From: an uncultured Eubacterium sp.
Lineage (GTDB): Bacteria > Bacillota > Clostridia > Lachnospirales > Lachnospiraceae
NCBI GenBank assembly: GCA_964484225.1
Contig: CAZAEM010000006.1
Location: 9,579-73,578 of the forward strand
Length of the DNA stretch: 64,000 nucleotides
Direction of reading: 5' to 3'
Of the stretch, positions 1 through 8,481 are shown piece after piece. Below the pieces are notes generated by a model, which saw only the letters and a program-made list of their open reading frames with translations, did not search any database and was not told where the DNA came from. The translations under genes were made by a program, and so were the position numbers. The first letter of the stretch is position 1, and each line of letters opens with the position of its first letter.

Positions 1-1401
1 AATCTTGATATCCATTCCGATTGTCCACTCCGTGATGTATTGCCGGTCAAGGGCAACGACCTCCTCGAAATCCTGGATGTCGCTTCGCCCGCTGATCTGC
101 CACAGCCCGGTGAGACCCGGCTTGACGGAGAGTCTGCCGCGGTGATGGGGATTGTACCGCTCCCACTCATCCAGCGTCGGCGGTCTGGTACCTACCAGGC
201 TCATATCGCCTTTCAGCACGTTGAGAAACTGGGGGAACTCATCCAGGGAAAACCTGCGGATGAAATTCCCGATGCCTTTGCCCGGTCCCTTCTCACTCCC
301 GATCACGCGGGGATCGTTCTCAATCTTAAACATCATTCCATTTTGCACTTCATTTCGATCGGCAAGCTCGCTCTTTCTCTCCTCGGCGTCCAGGTACATG
401 CTGCGGAATTTCCACATCCGGAAGATCTTTCCATTGCGCCCCACCCGCATCTGCGAGAAAAACACGGGTCCCGGGGACTGCCGGTAAATGACCGGAGCCA
501 GGACAAGGAATAAAATGCCGGTGAACAGACAGCCGACGATCCCCCCGGCAAGGTCCAGGGCTCTCTTGATAAACGAATCCCAGAACCGCAAAATACGGGG
601 GCTCATGGTGATGACCGTGTAATCACCGATCTTTTGTAATTCCTTTCCGGTGATCGGAAGTTCTTCCTTCGTGCCGACGCGCAAATGCAGCGTCATGCTC
701 ATATCCGCAATCAGATACATAAGCTCTCGGGATTGGTCGTCCATGCGGTCGATGTCAAGAAACACCTCGTCTACCCAGTCCCGGCAGAGATACTTTTCTG
801 CCCCTGCCCTGCCGGACACCACCGGCACGCCGTCCACATCCGTATCGGACTGCCCTTCTTCGTCCAGAAGAATCAGCCCGGTGACCTTGAACTCGTCTAC
901 ATTCCTGCTCTGGATATGGGAGATCACCTGTCTGGCCCGCCGCTTTTCCGTGATAATGACAAGGGATTTACCCCCTGCGTTCTCCGCCAAGTGCGCGCGC
1001 AGAAAATATTTCCGCAGACTCCGGAAGGTATAACAGAAAACCCAGTAATACACCGAAGTCGAGATCAAAACCATCCGCGAGAATGTCGTGCCCTGCCGGA
1101 TCAAAAAGAGATAGAGTACCAGCAGCAGCATGACGACACACACTGTTTTGACGGAGTTGACAAACTCCCTGTAATATCCCCGTCTCAATATATTTTTAAA
1201 GACATTGAAACTGATGATCACAAATATTTGAATCAGCGCTGCCACAATAGCTGTATTCCGATACAATACACTGCTGTATGGATTGACCCAGCCATGCCGC
1301 ATGACACAGGAAATAATAAATGCCAGCTGAAAACATATTAACTCTCCCAAAAGAAAATCTCCATGCTTCATCCAGCCCTGGACCCTCCTGTGGTACATCA
1401 T
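1..1401 (-). CDS. Polyprenyl-phosphate sugar phosphotransferase (bacterial sugar transferase, WbaP/CpsE-type priming enzyme). The 3' end runs off the left window edge.
   Basis: Missing from the ORF track because there is no stop in the window. My own reverse-strand translation starts at ATG 1401 (or 1398) after GGAGGA at 1405-1410. It reads MMYHRRVQGW... through TM-like segments to ...SLVGTRPPTLDEWERYNPHHRGRLSVKPGLTGLWQISGRSD..., the classic C-terminal catalytic motif. The frame is continuous to nt 1. Confidence 0.85.
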   Translation of the reverse strand, partial: MMYHRRVQGWMKHGDFLLGELICFQLAFIISCVMRHGWVNPYSSVLYRNTAIVAALIQIFVIISFNVFKNILRRGYYREFVNSVKTVCVVMLLLVLYLFLIRQGTTFSRMVLISTSVYYWVFCYTFRSLRKYFLRAHLAENAGGKSLVIITEKRRARQVISHIQSRNVDEFKVTGLILLDEEGQSDTDVDGVPVVSGRAGAEKYLCRDWVDEVFLDIDRMDDQSRELMYLIADMSMTLHLRVGTKEELPITGKELQKIGDYTVITMSPRILRFWDSFIKRALDLAGGIVGCLFTGILFLVLAPVIYRQSPGPVFFSQMRVGRNGKIFRMWKFRSMYLDAEERKSELADRNEVQNGMMFKIENDPRVIGSEKGPGKGIGNFIRRFSLDEFPQFLNVLKGDMSLVGTRPPTLDEWERYNPHHRGRLSVKPGLTGLWQISGRSDIQDFEEVVALDRQYITEWTIGMDIKI

Positions 1402-1501
1402 CAGTCCTCCTGTCCCGTCTCTTTCATGCCTTATGAGAGGAAGATAGGATATCCTCCCATAAGACGGTTTACGCCTGTGTGCTTTTTCATTCTGACTGAC
1501 A

Positions 1502-2059
1502 TCAGCCCTGTTTTACTTTACCCTTAAAACCGGCCTTCTTCAGAGCCTTCACAAATTTCTTGTACTGCTTTTTGGACATCTTCTTGCTGACTTTGATCGT
1601 CATTTTTTTCGTATTGAGACCATTAAATGCACCTTTTTTCACAGTAACCGGCTTTTTCCCTTTGAAAACAAGCGTTTTTAACTTTTTCGCTCCTGTGAAA
1701 GCACCCTTCTTGATCGTTTTGATCGTAGACGGAAGCGTAATCTTGGTGGCCTTTTTACAGCCGGAAAATGCCTTTGCCTCGATGGTAGTGACCGTATATT
1801 TTACACCGTTGACCGTCACCTTCGATGATACCGACACACTTTTCTTTGAGCTTTTCTTCACCTTCTTAAGGGAAGCCGTACCGTCAGACTTGGTATCTAC
1901 CACACCGGCAGAGACAGTGACATTCTTCTTTGTGACCGGTTTCACTGATTCTACCGGACTCGCTGTGGCCGCAGATACTGTGGTGGCTGTACCGACTGCA
2001 GTAAATGCAACTGCTGCTGCCAAAGCACAGGCAAGGGCCTTTTTCATTACCTTAACCAC
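1502..2059 (-). CDS. Secreted, very lysine-rich BspA-type leucine-rich-repeat protein
   Basis: It has an N-terminal signal peptide (MKKALACALAAAVAFTAVGTATTVSA). Repeats of the form I..IE..AFSGCKKATKITLPSTIKTIKKGAFTG..KLKTLVF are typical of BspA-like LRRs. A GTG start at 2059 sits 8 nt after AAGGAGGA. Confidence 0.65.
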   Translation of the reverse strand: MVKVMKKALACALAAAVAFTAVGTATTVSAATASPVESVKPVTKKNVTVSAGVVDTKSDGTASLKKVKKSSKKSVSVSSKVTVNGVKYTVTTIEAKAFSGCKKATKITLPSTIKTIKKGAFTGAKKLKTLVFKGKKPVTVKKGAFNGLNTKKMTIKVSKKMSKKQYKKFVKALKKAGFKGKVKQG

Positions 2060-2139
2060 TTTTCTTTCCTCCTTTCCTTCAGAATATATATAGAGTAAAC
2101 CAAAGCCGCCATAAAGGCTCGCTCCGGTGGACTCACACG

Positions 2140-2898
2140 TTATTTTTGATAGTAGGCGTCACTGTAATACTTTCCACCATAGCCATAATATTTTCTGCCA
2201 TAGTACCCCTTTCCGTAATACCTGCCGCCATAGCGTTTATAATAGTATCCGGCCTTGGCCCCCTCCACGCGGTTGAGGACGATACCCAGCATGGGGCAGC
2301 CTGCCCGCTCCAGCTGCCGGATGGAATTTTTCACCATATTTTTTGACGTGACGCCGCCGCGCACCACAAGGATGGCCCCATCGCATAAATTGCCTATCCT
2401 CTCACCGTCGGATACCAGATTGAGCGGCGGAGAATCCACAAAGACATAGCGGTATTTTTTCTCCATAAAATCCAGCATTTCCTTAAACCGTCCGCTCTCA
2501 AGCAGCATAGAGGGATTGATCACATTGTCCGTATTCAGCAGAACGTCACCGTTCTCCCACTGGGTGTGGAGAATGGCATCTTCGATAGGATAGTCGTTGG
2601 CCAGATAGTGGGATGTACCCTGGATCTTTTTCCCACCCTCCAACACAATCTCATATTTATCCTTCATGATCGATTTTCTCATGTCCGCATCCAGCAGGAT
2701 AACGGGGATCCCTGCCTGGGCCGCCTGATGCCACAATTGCATGGCCACAAAACTCTTTCCCTCATCCGGCATGGTAGAGACTACCATGATCTTCCGGATA
2801 TCCTTTCCGAGAAAGCTGATGTTGATGCGGAGGCGGTTGATGGCCTCCTCCATGGAATAGGGGAGCTCCGGCATATTTTGGATCGTCGCTGTTTTCAT
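2140..2898 (-). CDS. cpsD: Capsular tyrosine autokinase (BY-kinase, CpsD/CapB/YwqD type)
   Basis: Walker A (PDEGKS) is present, along with VILLDADMRK and YVFVDSPP motifs. There is a C-terminal tyrosine cluster, GYYYKRYGGRYYGKGYYGRKYYGYGGKYYSDAYY. Confidence 0.9.
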   Translation of the reverse strand: MKTATIQNMPELPYSMEEAINRLRINISFLGKDIRKIMVVSTMPDEGKSFVAMQLWHQAAQAGIPVILLDADMRKSIMKDKYEIVLEGGKKIQGTSHYLANDYPIEDAILHTQWENGDVLLNTDNVINPSMLLESGRFKEMLDFMEKKYRYVFVDSPPLNLVSDGERIGNLCDGAILVVRGGVTSKNMVKNSIRQLERAGCPMLGIVLNRVEGAKAGYYYKRYGGRYYGKGYYGRKYYGYGGKYYSDAYYQK

Positions 2899-3701
2899 GT
2901 TTTCACCTCTTTTTTGGCAGCCTTCTTCTTCTTTTTTCTTTTCTTTTTCTTTGCCTTCCTTATTTTCTTTTCCTTTTCATCGGATATCTCTTCTATATCA
3001 CCCTCGGGGATCACCGTCAGCGGCATTACACCAAAGGCTTTTTCCACATCCTCCGCGGATTGCAGTGTATCGTCTGTCATAAAGCGGAATGTCAGCAGCG
3101 CGATCACCAGAAGCATTCCTACAGCCGCCCCTATCAACGTATTTTTCGTCAGGCTCGGCGAACTTTTCTTTTGGGGCAGAACAGCCTCTTCCGCAATGTT
3201 CGGCTCTGATGTATCCATCAGTCTCGGCAGCTCTGAGACGGCAATATCCGCCAGACAGTTGGCGATCCTTTTCGCCTCGTCCGGCACCGTGCTCTCCGCC
3301 GTAATCACAAGGATCCGGGTATCATCAATGGTGGAGATCGTCAGCATCTCCAGAAGTTCTTCGTAAGTATAGGACAGCTTTTCCTCTTTGATCACATCCT
3401 CTATGATAGGCCTGACTCTGAGCAGTTCCTCATAATCACTGGAGAGGGATGTGCCGATGTCCAGGTCACTCAGATCCACCACGGAATCACTGGAGGATGA
3501 AACCATGTACAATTTTGACGATGCTGTGTATTTCGGGGTGATCAGGAAAAATGTGACCAGCCCCATAATGACTGCCCCGGTCAAAAAACCGGCTATGATA
3601 AACCAGAGCCTGACTCTGTAATAATAGAGCAGCTCCAGCAGATCAATCTCAATTTCTTCCTCCTGTGTATCCATTTGCAAGAGCTCTTTGTGCTCTTTCA
3701 T
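2895..3701 (-). CDS. cpsC: Wzz/CpsC-type chain-length determinant and BY-kinase transmembrane modulator, with a poly-lysine C-terminal tail
   Basis: It has two TM segments flanking a periplasmic-type domain (YTASSKLYMVSSS...). The stop overlaps the cpsD start (ATGA-type overlap at 2895-2898). The tail reads KEKKIRKAKKKKRKKKKKAAKKEVKT. Confidence 0.8.
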   Translation of the reverse strand: MKEHKELLQMDTQEEEIEIDLLELLYYYRVRLWFIIAGFLTGAVIMGLVTFFLITPKYTASSKLYMVSSSSDSVVDLSDLDIGTSLSSDYEELLRVRPIIEDVIKEEKLSYTYEELLEMLTISTIDDTRILVITAESTVPDEAKRIANCLADIAVSELPRLMDTSEPNIAEEAVLPQKKSSPSLTKNTLIGAAVGMLLVIALLTFRFMTDDTLQSAEDVEKAFGVMPLTVIPEGDIEEISDEKEKKIRKAKKKKRKKKKKAAKKEVKT

Positions 3702-3705
3702 CTCT

Positions 3706-4743
3706 CTAGTCCCTCTCTTCTAATCTATATATTTCTGTCAGGGTCGCCTTCAGCGAGGATTTGTCCAGATAAAATTCCACATGATCGATCCCGTCGCCCA
3801 GAGCTCTGCCGAGATCGCTTTTTCCTTCCAGTTCAAAAAATCCTGCATTGGCTCCCTCGGTCAGATGCTTCGTGATCCGTGACATGTCTTTCCCGGTTAT
3901 ATTCGTCACAGCACTCTCCCCCAACTCCTGATTCAGGGTCTGGATCAAGTTCGGATCCTCTTTCAGCCTGTCTTTCATCTGCCGGAGCAGCGCCTGCATG
4001 TACTGCTTCTGTCTCTGCATCCGGGAAGTGTTCTCCTCGTCCCCGACGCCGTACCGGTCGTGGAGATAGTGATACGCCTGCTCATCTGTCAGAACCATCT
4101 TTTTCCCTTTTTCCATCTGGGGATCCATCTCTGTGAAATCCTCCATAAGGGTGAGTTCCACACCGCCTGCTGCGTGATTCAGGGCAGGGATACTGCTCAT
4201 GGGAAGCGCATAATACCCGTCAATGGAGATACCTCCCAGCAGTTTCGACACCGCCTGCACCGTATTCTGACAGCTCTGCTCCGGATTCTTGCCGTACCAG
4301 TGGGCAGTACACAGCTGGATATCCGCCGTGGCCATCCCTGTACCGTCCTCCTGCAGCAGCGTAACCTCGGTCATGGTGTCCCGGTTCAGAGGAAGAAAAC
4401 AGTACCGGTCCTCTGTCCTGTCTACAATGAGCAGGACCAGAAAATCCGCCATGCCTCCCCGGTAGGTGCCGTCCTCCCCGTTTGTGCCGCTCTCATCAAT
4501 ACCCAAGAGCAAATAGGTCTCAAATTCATGGAAGTACTCATACTGCGTTCCATCCAGCTTTATACTTCCGCTCGCTTTCTTTTCCTCCTCCTGCTCCTCC
4601 CTCAAAAATCCCTTATCCACAGCACTCACATCCTCTGCGGGAAAACGGGTTTCAAAAAAGTACAGGGCGCCCCCGAAAGCAACCATGAAAGCAGCCATCC
4701 CGGCGAGGAGAAAAAAAAGCTTTCTTTTTTCCTTTTTCATCAT
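3706..4743 (-). CDS. LytR-CpsA-Psr (LCP) family glycopolymer ligase/attenuator
   Basis: An N-terminal TM anchor is followed by the LCP core YLLLGIDESG...RGGMADFLVLLIVDR...LPLNRDT. Confidence 0.85.
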   Translation of the reverse strand: MMKKEKRKLFFLLAGMAAFMVAFGGALYFFETRFPAEDVSAVDKGFLREEQEEEKKASGSIKLDGTQYEYFHEFETYLLLGIDESGTNGEDGTYRGGMADFLVLLIVDRTEDRYCFLPLNRDTMTEVTLLQEDGTGMATADIQLCTAHWYGKNPEQSCQNTVQAVSKLLGGISIDGYYALPMSSIPALNHAAGGVELTLMEDFTEMDPQMEKGKKMVLTDEQAYHYLHDRYGVGDEENTSRMQRQKQYMQALLRQMKDRLKEDPNLIQTLNQELGESAVTNITGKDMSRITKHLTEGANAGFFELEGKSDLGRALGDGIDHVEFYLDKSSLKATLTEIYRLEERD

Positions 4744-5453
4744 CCCAACAGCCTCTTTCCCGCGGCGTCGATGCTCTGCAGAATATCAACGCCAAAACGC
4801 CCGCACAGCCAATCCCTGCCCTGCTGCATATTGGGCGGCCTACGGTCATCGTTGTGACAATCACTCCCCAGAACGACAGGGACATCCATATCAAGGAACA
4901 TGGAGACAAACCTTCTTTTCCTTCTTTTGTCCATACCCCCTGTATTGATCTGGGCATATAAGGGCAGACTAAAGATACGATTCCATATTTCCTTCTTTTT
5001 TTGGAACTCGTAGTACCGCTCCACATGGGCCAATACTACGGTGAGCTTCTGTTTCTCCCATATTGTCCGAATATCTTTATATATCTGCTCTGTCCACTGG
5101 GCAAATGGCAGTTCCACCAGAAGAAAAGATGAGCCCTCCACACAGAGCTGCGGCAGCTGTTCTGCCTGCCCCATCCCGGAGAAGTAGTAAACCTCCGCCC
5201 CCAGCGCAAACATCTGGCTCTCCACCGGCTCCAGCTCAGCAGATAACCTGTCCCAGGACTCTCCCCGGCGTTTGAGAAAACGGGATACAGAATCCTGATG
5301 GGCATAAAAATGAGGCGTCGCTACAATCCTGTGTACCCCCTGGCACGACTCCATCTGAAACATATGAAGCGATTGCTCTATATTCCGGCTTCCATCGTCC
5401 AGTCCCGGCAATATATGAGTATGAAAGTCAATCACAGCTGTCACCTCTGTCAT
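4740..5453 (-). CDS. cpsB: PHP-family protein-tyrosine phosphatase (CpsB/YwqE type)
   Basis: The N-terminus IDFHTHILPGLDDGS is the CpsB metal-binding signature. The gene overlaps the downstream LCP gene by 4 nt. Confidence 0.9.
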   Translation of the reverse strand: MTEVTAVIDFHTHILPGLDDGSRNIEQSLHMFQMESCQGVHRIVATPHFYAHQDSVSRFLKRRGESWDRLSAELEPVESQMFALGAEVYYFSGMGQAEQLPQLCVEGSSFLLVELPFAQWTEQIYKDIRTIWEKQKLTVVLAHVERYYEFQKKKEIWNRIFSLPLYAQINTGGMDKRRKRRFVSMFLDMDVPVVLGSDCHNDDRRPPNMQQGRDWLCGRFGVDILQSIDAAGKRLLG

Positions 5454-5611
5454 ATTTATGTACCGGTCACTATTATATTACAACTAATGATTGTTGTCAA
5501 TAACAACTTTTAAGTTTTAGTTATCACTGTATCAGGTTGATACAATGAAAAATGAGGAGTATATGATATCCAAATAAACCGGTTTGATCAATTTATACGG
5601 GAGGTGAAATC

Positions 5612-5938
5612 GTGGAAAACTTAAAAAAGCTGCGAACCAATCGCAAGCTCAGTCAGCAGAAACTTGCCGATGAATTCCGGCTCAGCCAGCAGTCCATTTA
5701 CAAATATGAGAACGGCCTGGCACAGCCGGATATACAGACGCTGAAAAATTTTGCTTCATTCTTTCATACCACTATTGATTATCTGGTTGGATATACGGCA
5801 GTCAACGATACATGCGAAAACAATATGATACAATCTATGACAGCGGAAGAAATACAATTTCTGAATCTTTTTCGAGAATTATCGCCTGCTATGCGCGGCC
5901 ATATAACCGCACTGTTGGAACAGCTCAGCAAGGTTTAA
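5612..5938 (+). CDS. XRE-family helix-turn-helix transcriptional regulator
   Basis: The HTH region reads LKKLRTNRKLSQQKLADEFRLSQQSIYKYENGLAQPDIQTLKNFASFFHTTIDYLVGY. The start is GTG, 7 nt after GGAGG. Confidence 0.85.
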   Translation: MENLKKLRTNRKLSQQKLADEFRLSQQSIYKYENGLAQPDIQTLKNFASFFHTTIDYLVGYTAVNDTCENNMIQSMTAEEIQFLNLFRELSPAMRGHITALLEQLSKV

Positions 5939-5942
5939 GCAT

Positions 5943-5971
5943 TTGACTGTTTTTTTCTTAAATGGTACAAT
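5943..5971 (+). promoter_or_regulatory. Sigma-A-type promoter candidate for the DUF4317-like gene
   Basis: TTGACT (5943-5948), a 17-nt spacer, then TACAAT (5966-5971), with a TG two nt upstream of the -10 element. Confidence 0.5.
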
Positions 5972-6024
5972 CTCAACAGTTATCTTTCACATATAAATAG
6001 GAAAGGAAAAGGAAAAACGAGATT

Positions 6025-7176
6025 ATGAACAAAAAAGAGATATCGGAGATCAAGAAACGTTTTACCAAGACGAAATGCAGCATCACACGCCTGTGCGGCT
6101 GCTATGTGGACGCCGAAAAAAACAAGCGCCTGGAGCTGCGGGAGGCTTTCTTAAGTCTGCCGGAGGAGGAGATGTTCAAGTACATAGACATTTTCCGCAA
6201 GACCCTGTCCGGCTCCCTGGGGCGGACTCTTATGAACATGGAATTTCCCACGGAGGAGGAGACCCGGGAGGATGGCACCCAGAGATTTCTCATGGAACTT
6301 CTGGCTTCCAAACTGCAGGATCAGGAACTGTTGGACCGGTTCTACGACAGGATCATCGAAAACTATGCCAACCCGGAGAATTATTTCATCATCCTGGTAC
6401 ACGACGCCTACGATATCCCCGGGATCACTTCCGACGGGGTAGAAAACTTTGACGCTTCCGAGTACGTATATGATTACATTTTATGCAGCATTTGCCCTGT
6501 GAAATTGACAAAGCCAGGATTATGTTATAATTCTGAAACAAATCACATCGAGGACCGGGTTCGGGACTGGGTTGTGGACATGCCGCAGCACGGTTTTCTC
6601 TTCCCGGCTTTCAACGACCGGAACACGGATATACACAGCCTTCTGTACTTTTCCAAAAAGTCCGATGAGCTGGACTTCTCTCTCACCGAGCAGGTCCTGG
6701 GCTGCCGGATGCCCATGCCTGCAAAGAGCCAGAAGGAAGCCTTCAATACCCTTCTGGAGGAGTCCCTGGGGCTGGACTGCGACTATGAGGCGGTGAAAAC
6801 GATCCATGAAAACCTGAATCAGATGGTGGAGGAAAACAGAGATAATCCGGAGCCCCTCTCCCTGGATAAGGCGGATATGCACCGTCTCCTGGAGAAGGCC
6901 GGGGTGGAGGGCGAAAGGATTAATACCTTCGAGACCCGTTATGACGAGACAGTAGGGGAGAAGGAATCCCTGATGGCAGACAATATCTCCAACACAAGAA
7001 AGTTTGAGGTCCGGACTCCGGACGTCACCGTGAATGTCAGCCCGGAGCGCACCGACCTGGTGGAGACCCGCATCATCGACGGGGTGCCCTATCTGCTGAT
7101 CGAAATCAACGACCTGGTAGAGGTCAATGGCGTACAGATCGTCTCGGAAAGGGCAAAAGAAAAAGGGGACGGCTGA
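6025..7176 (+). CDS. Conserved hypothetical protein that I recall as DUF4317-like (clostridial family of about 380 aa)
   Basis: The ORF is long with unbiased composition, and its N-terminus MNKKEISEIKKRFTKTKCSITRLCGCYVD resembles the family as I remember it. The family assignment is from memory and unverified. Confidence 0.55.
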   Translation: MNKKEISEIKKRFTKTKCSITRLCGCYVDAEKNKRLELREAFLSLPEEEMFKYIDIFRKTLSGSLGRTLMNMEFPTEEETREDGTQRFLMELLASKLQDQELLDRFYDRIIENYANPENYFIILVHDAYDIPGITSDGVENFDASEYVYDYILCSICPVKLTKPGLCYNSETNHIEDRVRDWVVDMPQHGFLFPAFNDRNTDIHSLLYFSKKSDELDFSLTEQVLGCRMPMPAKSQKEAFNTLLEESLGLDCDYEAVKTIHENLNQMVEENRDNPEPLSLDKADMHRLLEKAGVEGERINTFETRYDETVGEKESLMADNISNTRKFEVRTPDVTVNVSPERTDLVETRIIDGVPYLLIEINDLVEVNGVQIVSERAKEKGDG

Positions 7177-7185
7177 TCCCCTTTT
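7161..7185. terminator. Bidirectional intrinsic terminator between convergent genes
   Basis: AAAAGGGGA (7161-7169), loop CGGCTGA, then TCCCCTTTT (7177-7185). T-rich runs follow the hairpin on both strands. Confidence 0.6.
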
Positions 7186-7223
7186 CTTTCCGCCCGAAAT
7201 TCAAATATCTCTCTGACGGTTTC

Positions 7224-8390
7224 CTACTTTTTTAATATCTCTTCCGCCAGCGCCTCCATCTGTGCGATATCTGACTTCTTCATGGCGGATCTGATGCTCA
7301 CTCTGTTCTCACAGACTGTCATATTTTTCATCTTCTCGAAGCGCTCCGCCATCTTTTTATTGGCCATGGGCGCCCAGCTTCCATTCTCCATGAAAGCCAC
7401 CTTTTTCTTCTGAAAGTTTTTCATCTCCAGGTGATAGATAAAATCCTCCACAATGGGGAAGAGACCGCCATCGTATGTAGCAGACGCCACCACAAGCTTG
7501 TCATAGCGGAAAGCATCCTCCACTGACTCCGCTAAGTCCTCTCTGGCCAGATCGGTGACAACCACCTTTTTTGCGCCCTTCCTCTCCAGAATCTCGCCAA
7601 GCTTTTTGGCCGCCTTGCCGGTATTCCCATGGATGGAACCATAGGCAATAAACACACCGTCATCCTCCGGCTCATAGCTGGACCATGTGGTATATTTCCC
7701 AATATAATAATCCAGATCTTCCTTCAAGATCGGTCCGTGCAGCGGGCAGATCACCTGAATGTCCAGCCCGGCAGTCTTTTTCAGCAGTGCTGCCGCCTGG
7801 GCGCCGTATTTCCCCACAATGTTGAAATAATACCGTCTCGCCTCACAAGCCCAGTCCTCGTCAGTGTCGAGAGCTCCGAACTTCCCAAACGCATCTGCGG
7901 AAAAGAGAACCTTCTCGCTGGACTCATACTCCACCATCACCTCCGGCCAGTGTACCATGGGGGCCATCATGAAGGTCAGCACGTGGCTGCCCAGCTCCAG
8001 CGTATCTCCCTCGGCCACCTGAACCTTGCGGTCTTCTATATCCAGCTCAAAAAACTGCGGCAGCATCTGGAAAGCTTTGGCATTGCTCACCACTTTCATC
8101 TCCGGATATTTTTCAAGAACCGCCTTAATGCTGCCGCTGTGGTCCGGCTCCAGATGGGAAATTACCAGATAGTCCGGCGCTCTGCCGGAGAGCTCTGTCT
8201 CCAGATTGGACAGCCACTCCTTCGTCTTTCTTGCATCCACCGCATCCATCACGGCTGCCTTGTCATCTAAAATCACATAGGAATTGTATGAGACACCATT
8301 TGGCACGATATACTGGCTCTCAAACAAATCAATGTCCCTGTCATCCACGCCGACATAGCGAATGGCATCGGAAATCGTAGCTTTACTCAT
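7224..8390 (-). CDS. fprA: FprA-type flavodiiron protein (metallo-beta-lactamase-like domain plus flavodoxin domain)
   Basis: The di-iron motif HLEPDHSG is present, with a C-terminal flavodoxin-like IAYGSIHGNTGKAAKKL. I moved the start to ATG 8390 (MSKATISD...), 8 nt after AAGGAGGA. The upstream 26 codons of the track ORF have no RBS. Confidence 0.85.
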   Translation of the reverse strand: MSKATISDAIRYVGVDDRDIDLFESQYIVPNGVSYNSYVILDDKAAVMDAVDARKTKEWLSNLETELSGRAPDYLVISHLEPDHSGSIKAVLEKYPEMKVVSNAKAFQMLPQFFELDIEDRKVQVAEGDTLELGSHVLTFMMAPMVHWPEVMVEYESSEKVLFSADAFGKFGALDTDEDWACEARRYYFNIVGKYGAQAAALLKKTAGLDIQVICPLHGPILKEDLDYYIGKYTTWSSYEPEDDGVFIAYGSIHGNTGKAAKKLGEILERKGAKKVVVTDLAREDLAESVEDAFRYDKLVVASATYDGGLFPIVEDFIYHLEMKNFQKKKVAFMENGSWAPMANKKMAERFEKMKNMTVCENRVSIRSAMKKSDIAQMEALAEEILKK

Positions 8391-8481
8391 CTCAAGAATC
8401 CTCCTTATCCATATGTTTCCTGTTTTTTCAGACAAGTTAAGGATACCATTATCCAACGCATAAAGCAATAGGGTTTTTCAT

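Noticed and set aside
40-1341. Plus-strand ORFs 40-513, 650-1033 and 685-1341
   Set aside because: All are antisense to the WbaP-type sugar transferase. That gene is absent from the track only because its stop lies outside the window.
2900-2985. Polypyrimidine (plus-strand) tract at the cpsC/cpsD junction as a slipped-strand phase-variation site
   Set aside because: The tract is a heterogeneous mix of c/t runs, the longest being 6 nt, encoding the Lys-rich tail. There is no long homopolymer or perfect short tandem repeat.
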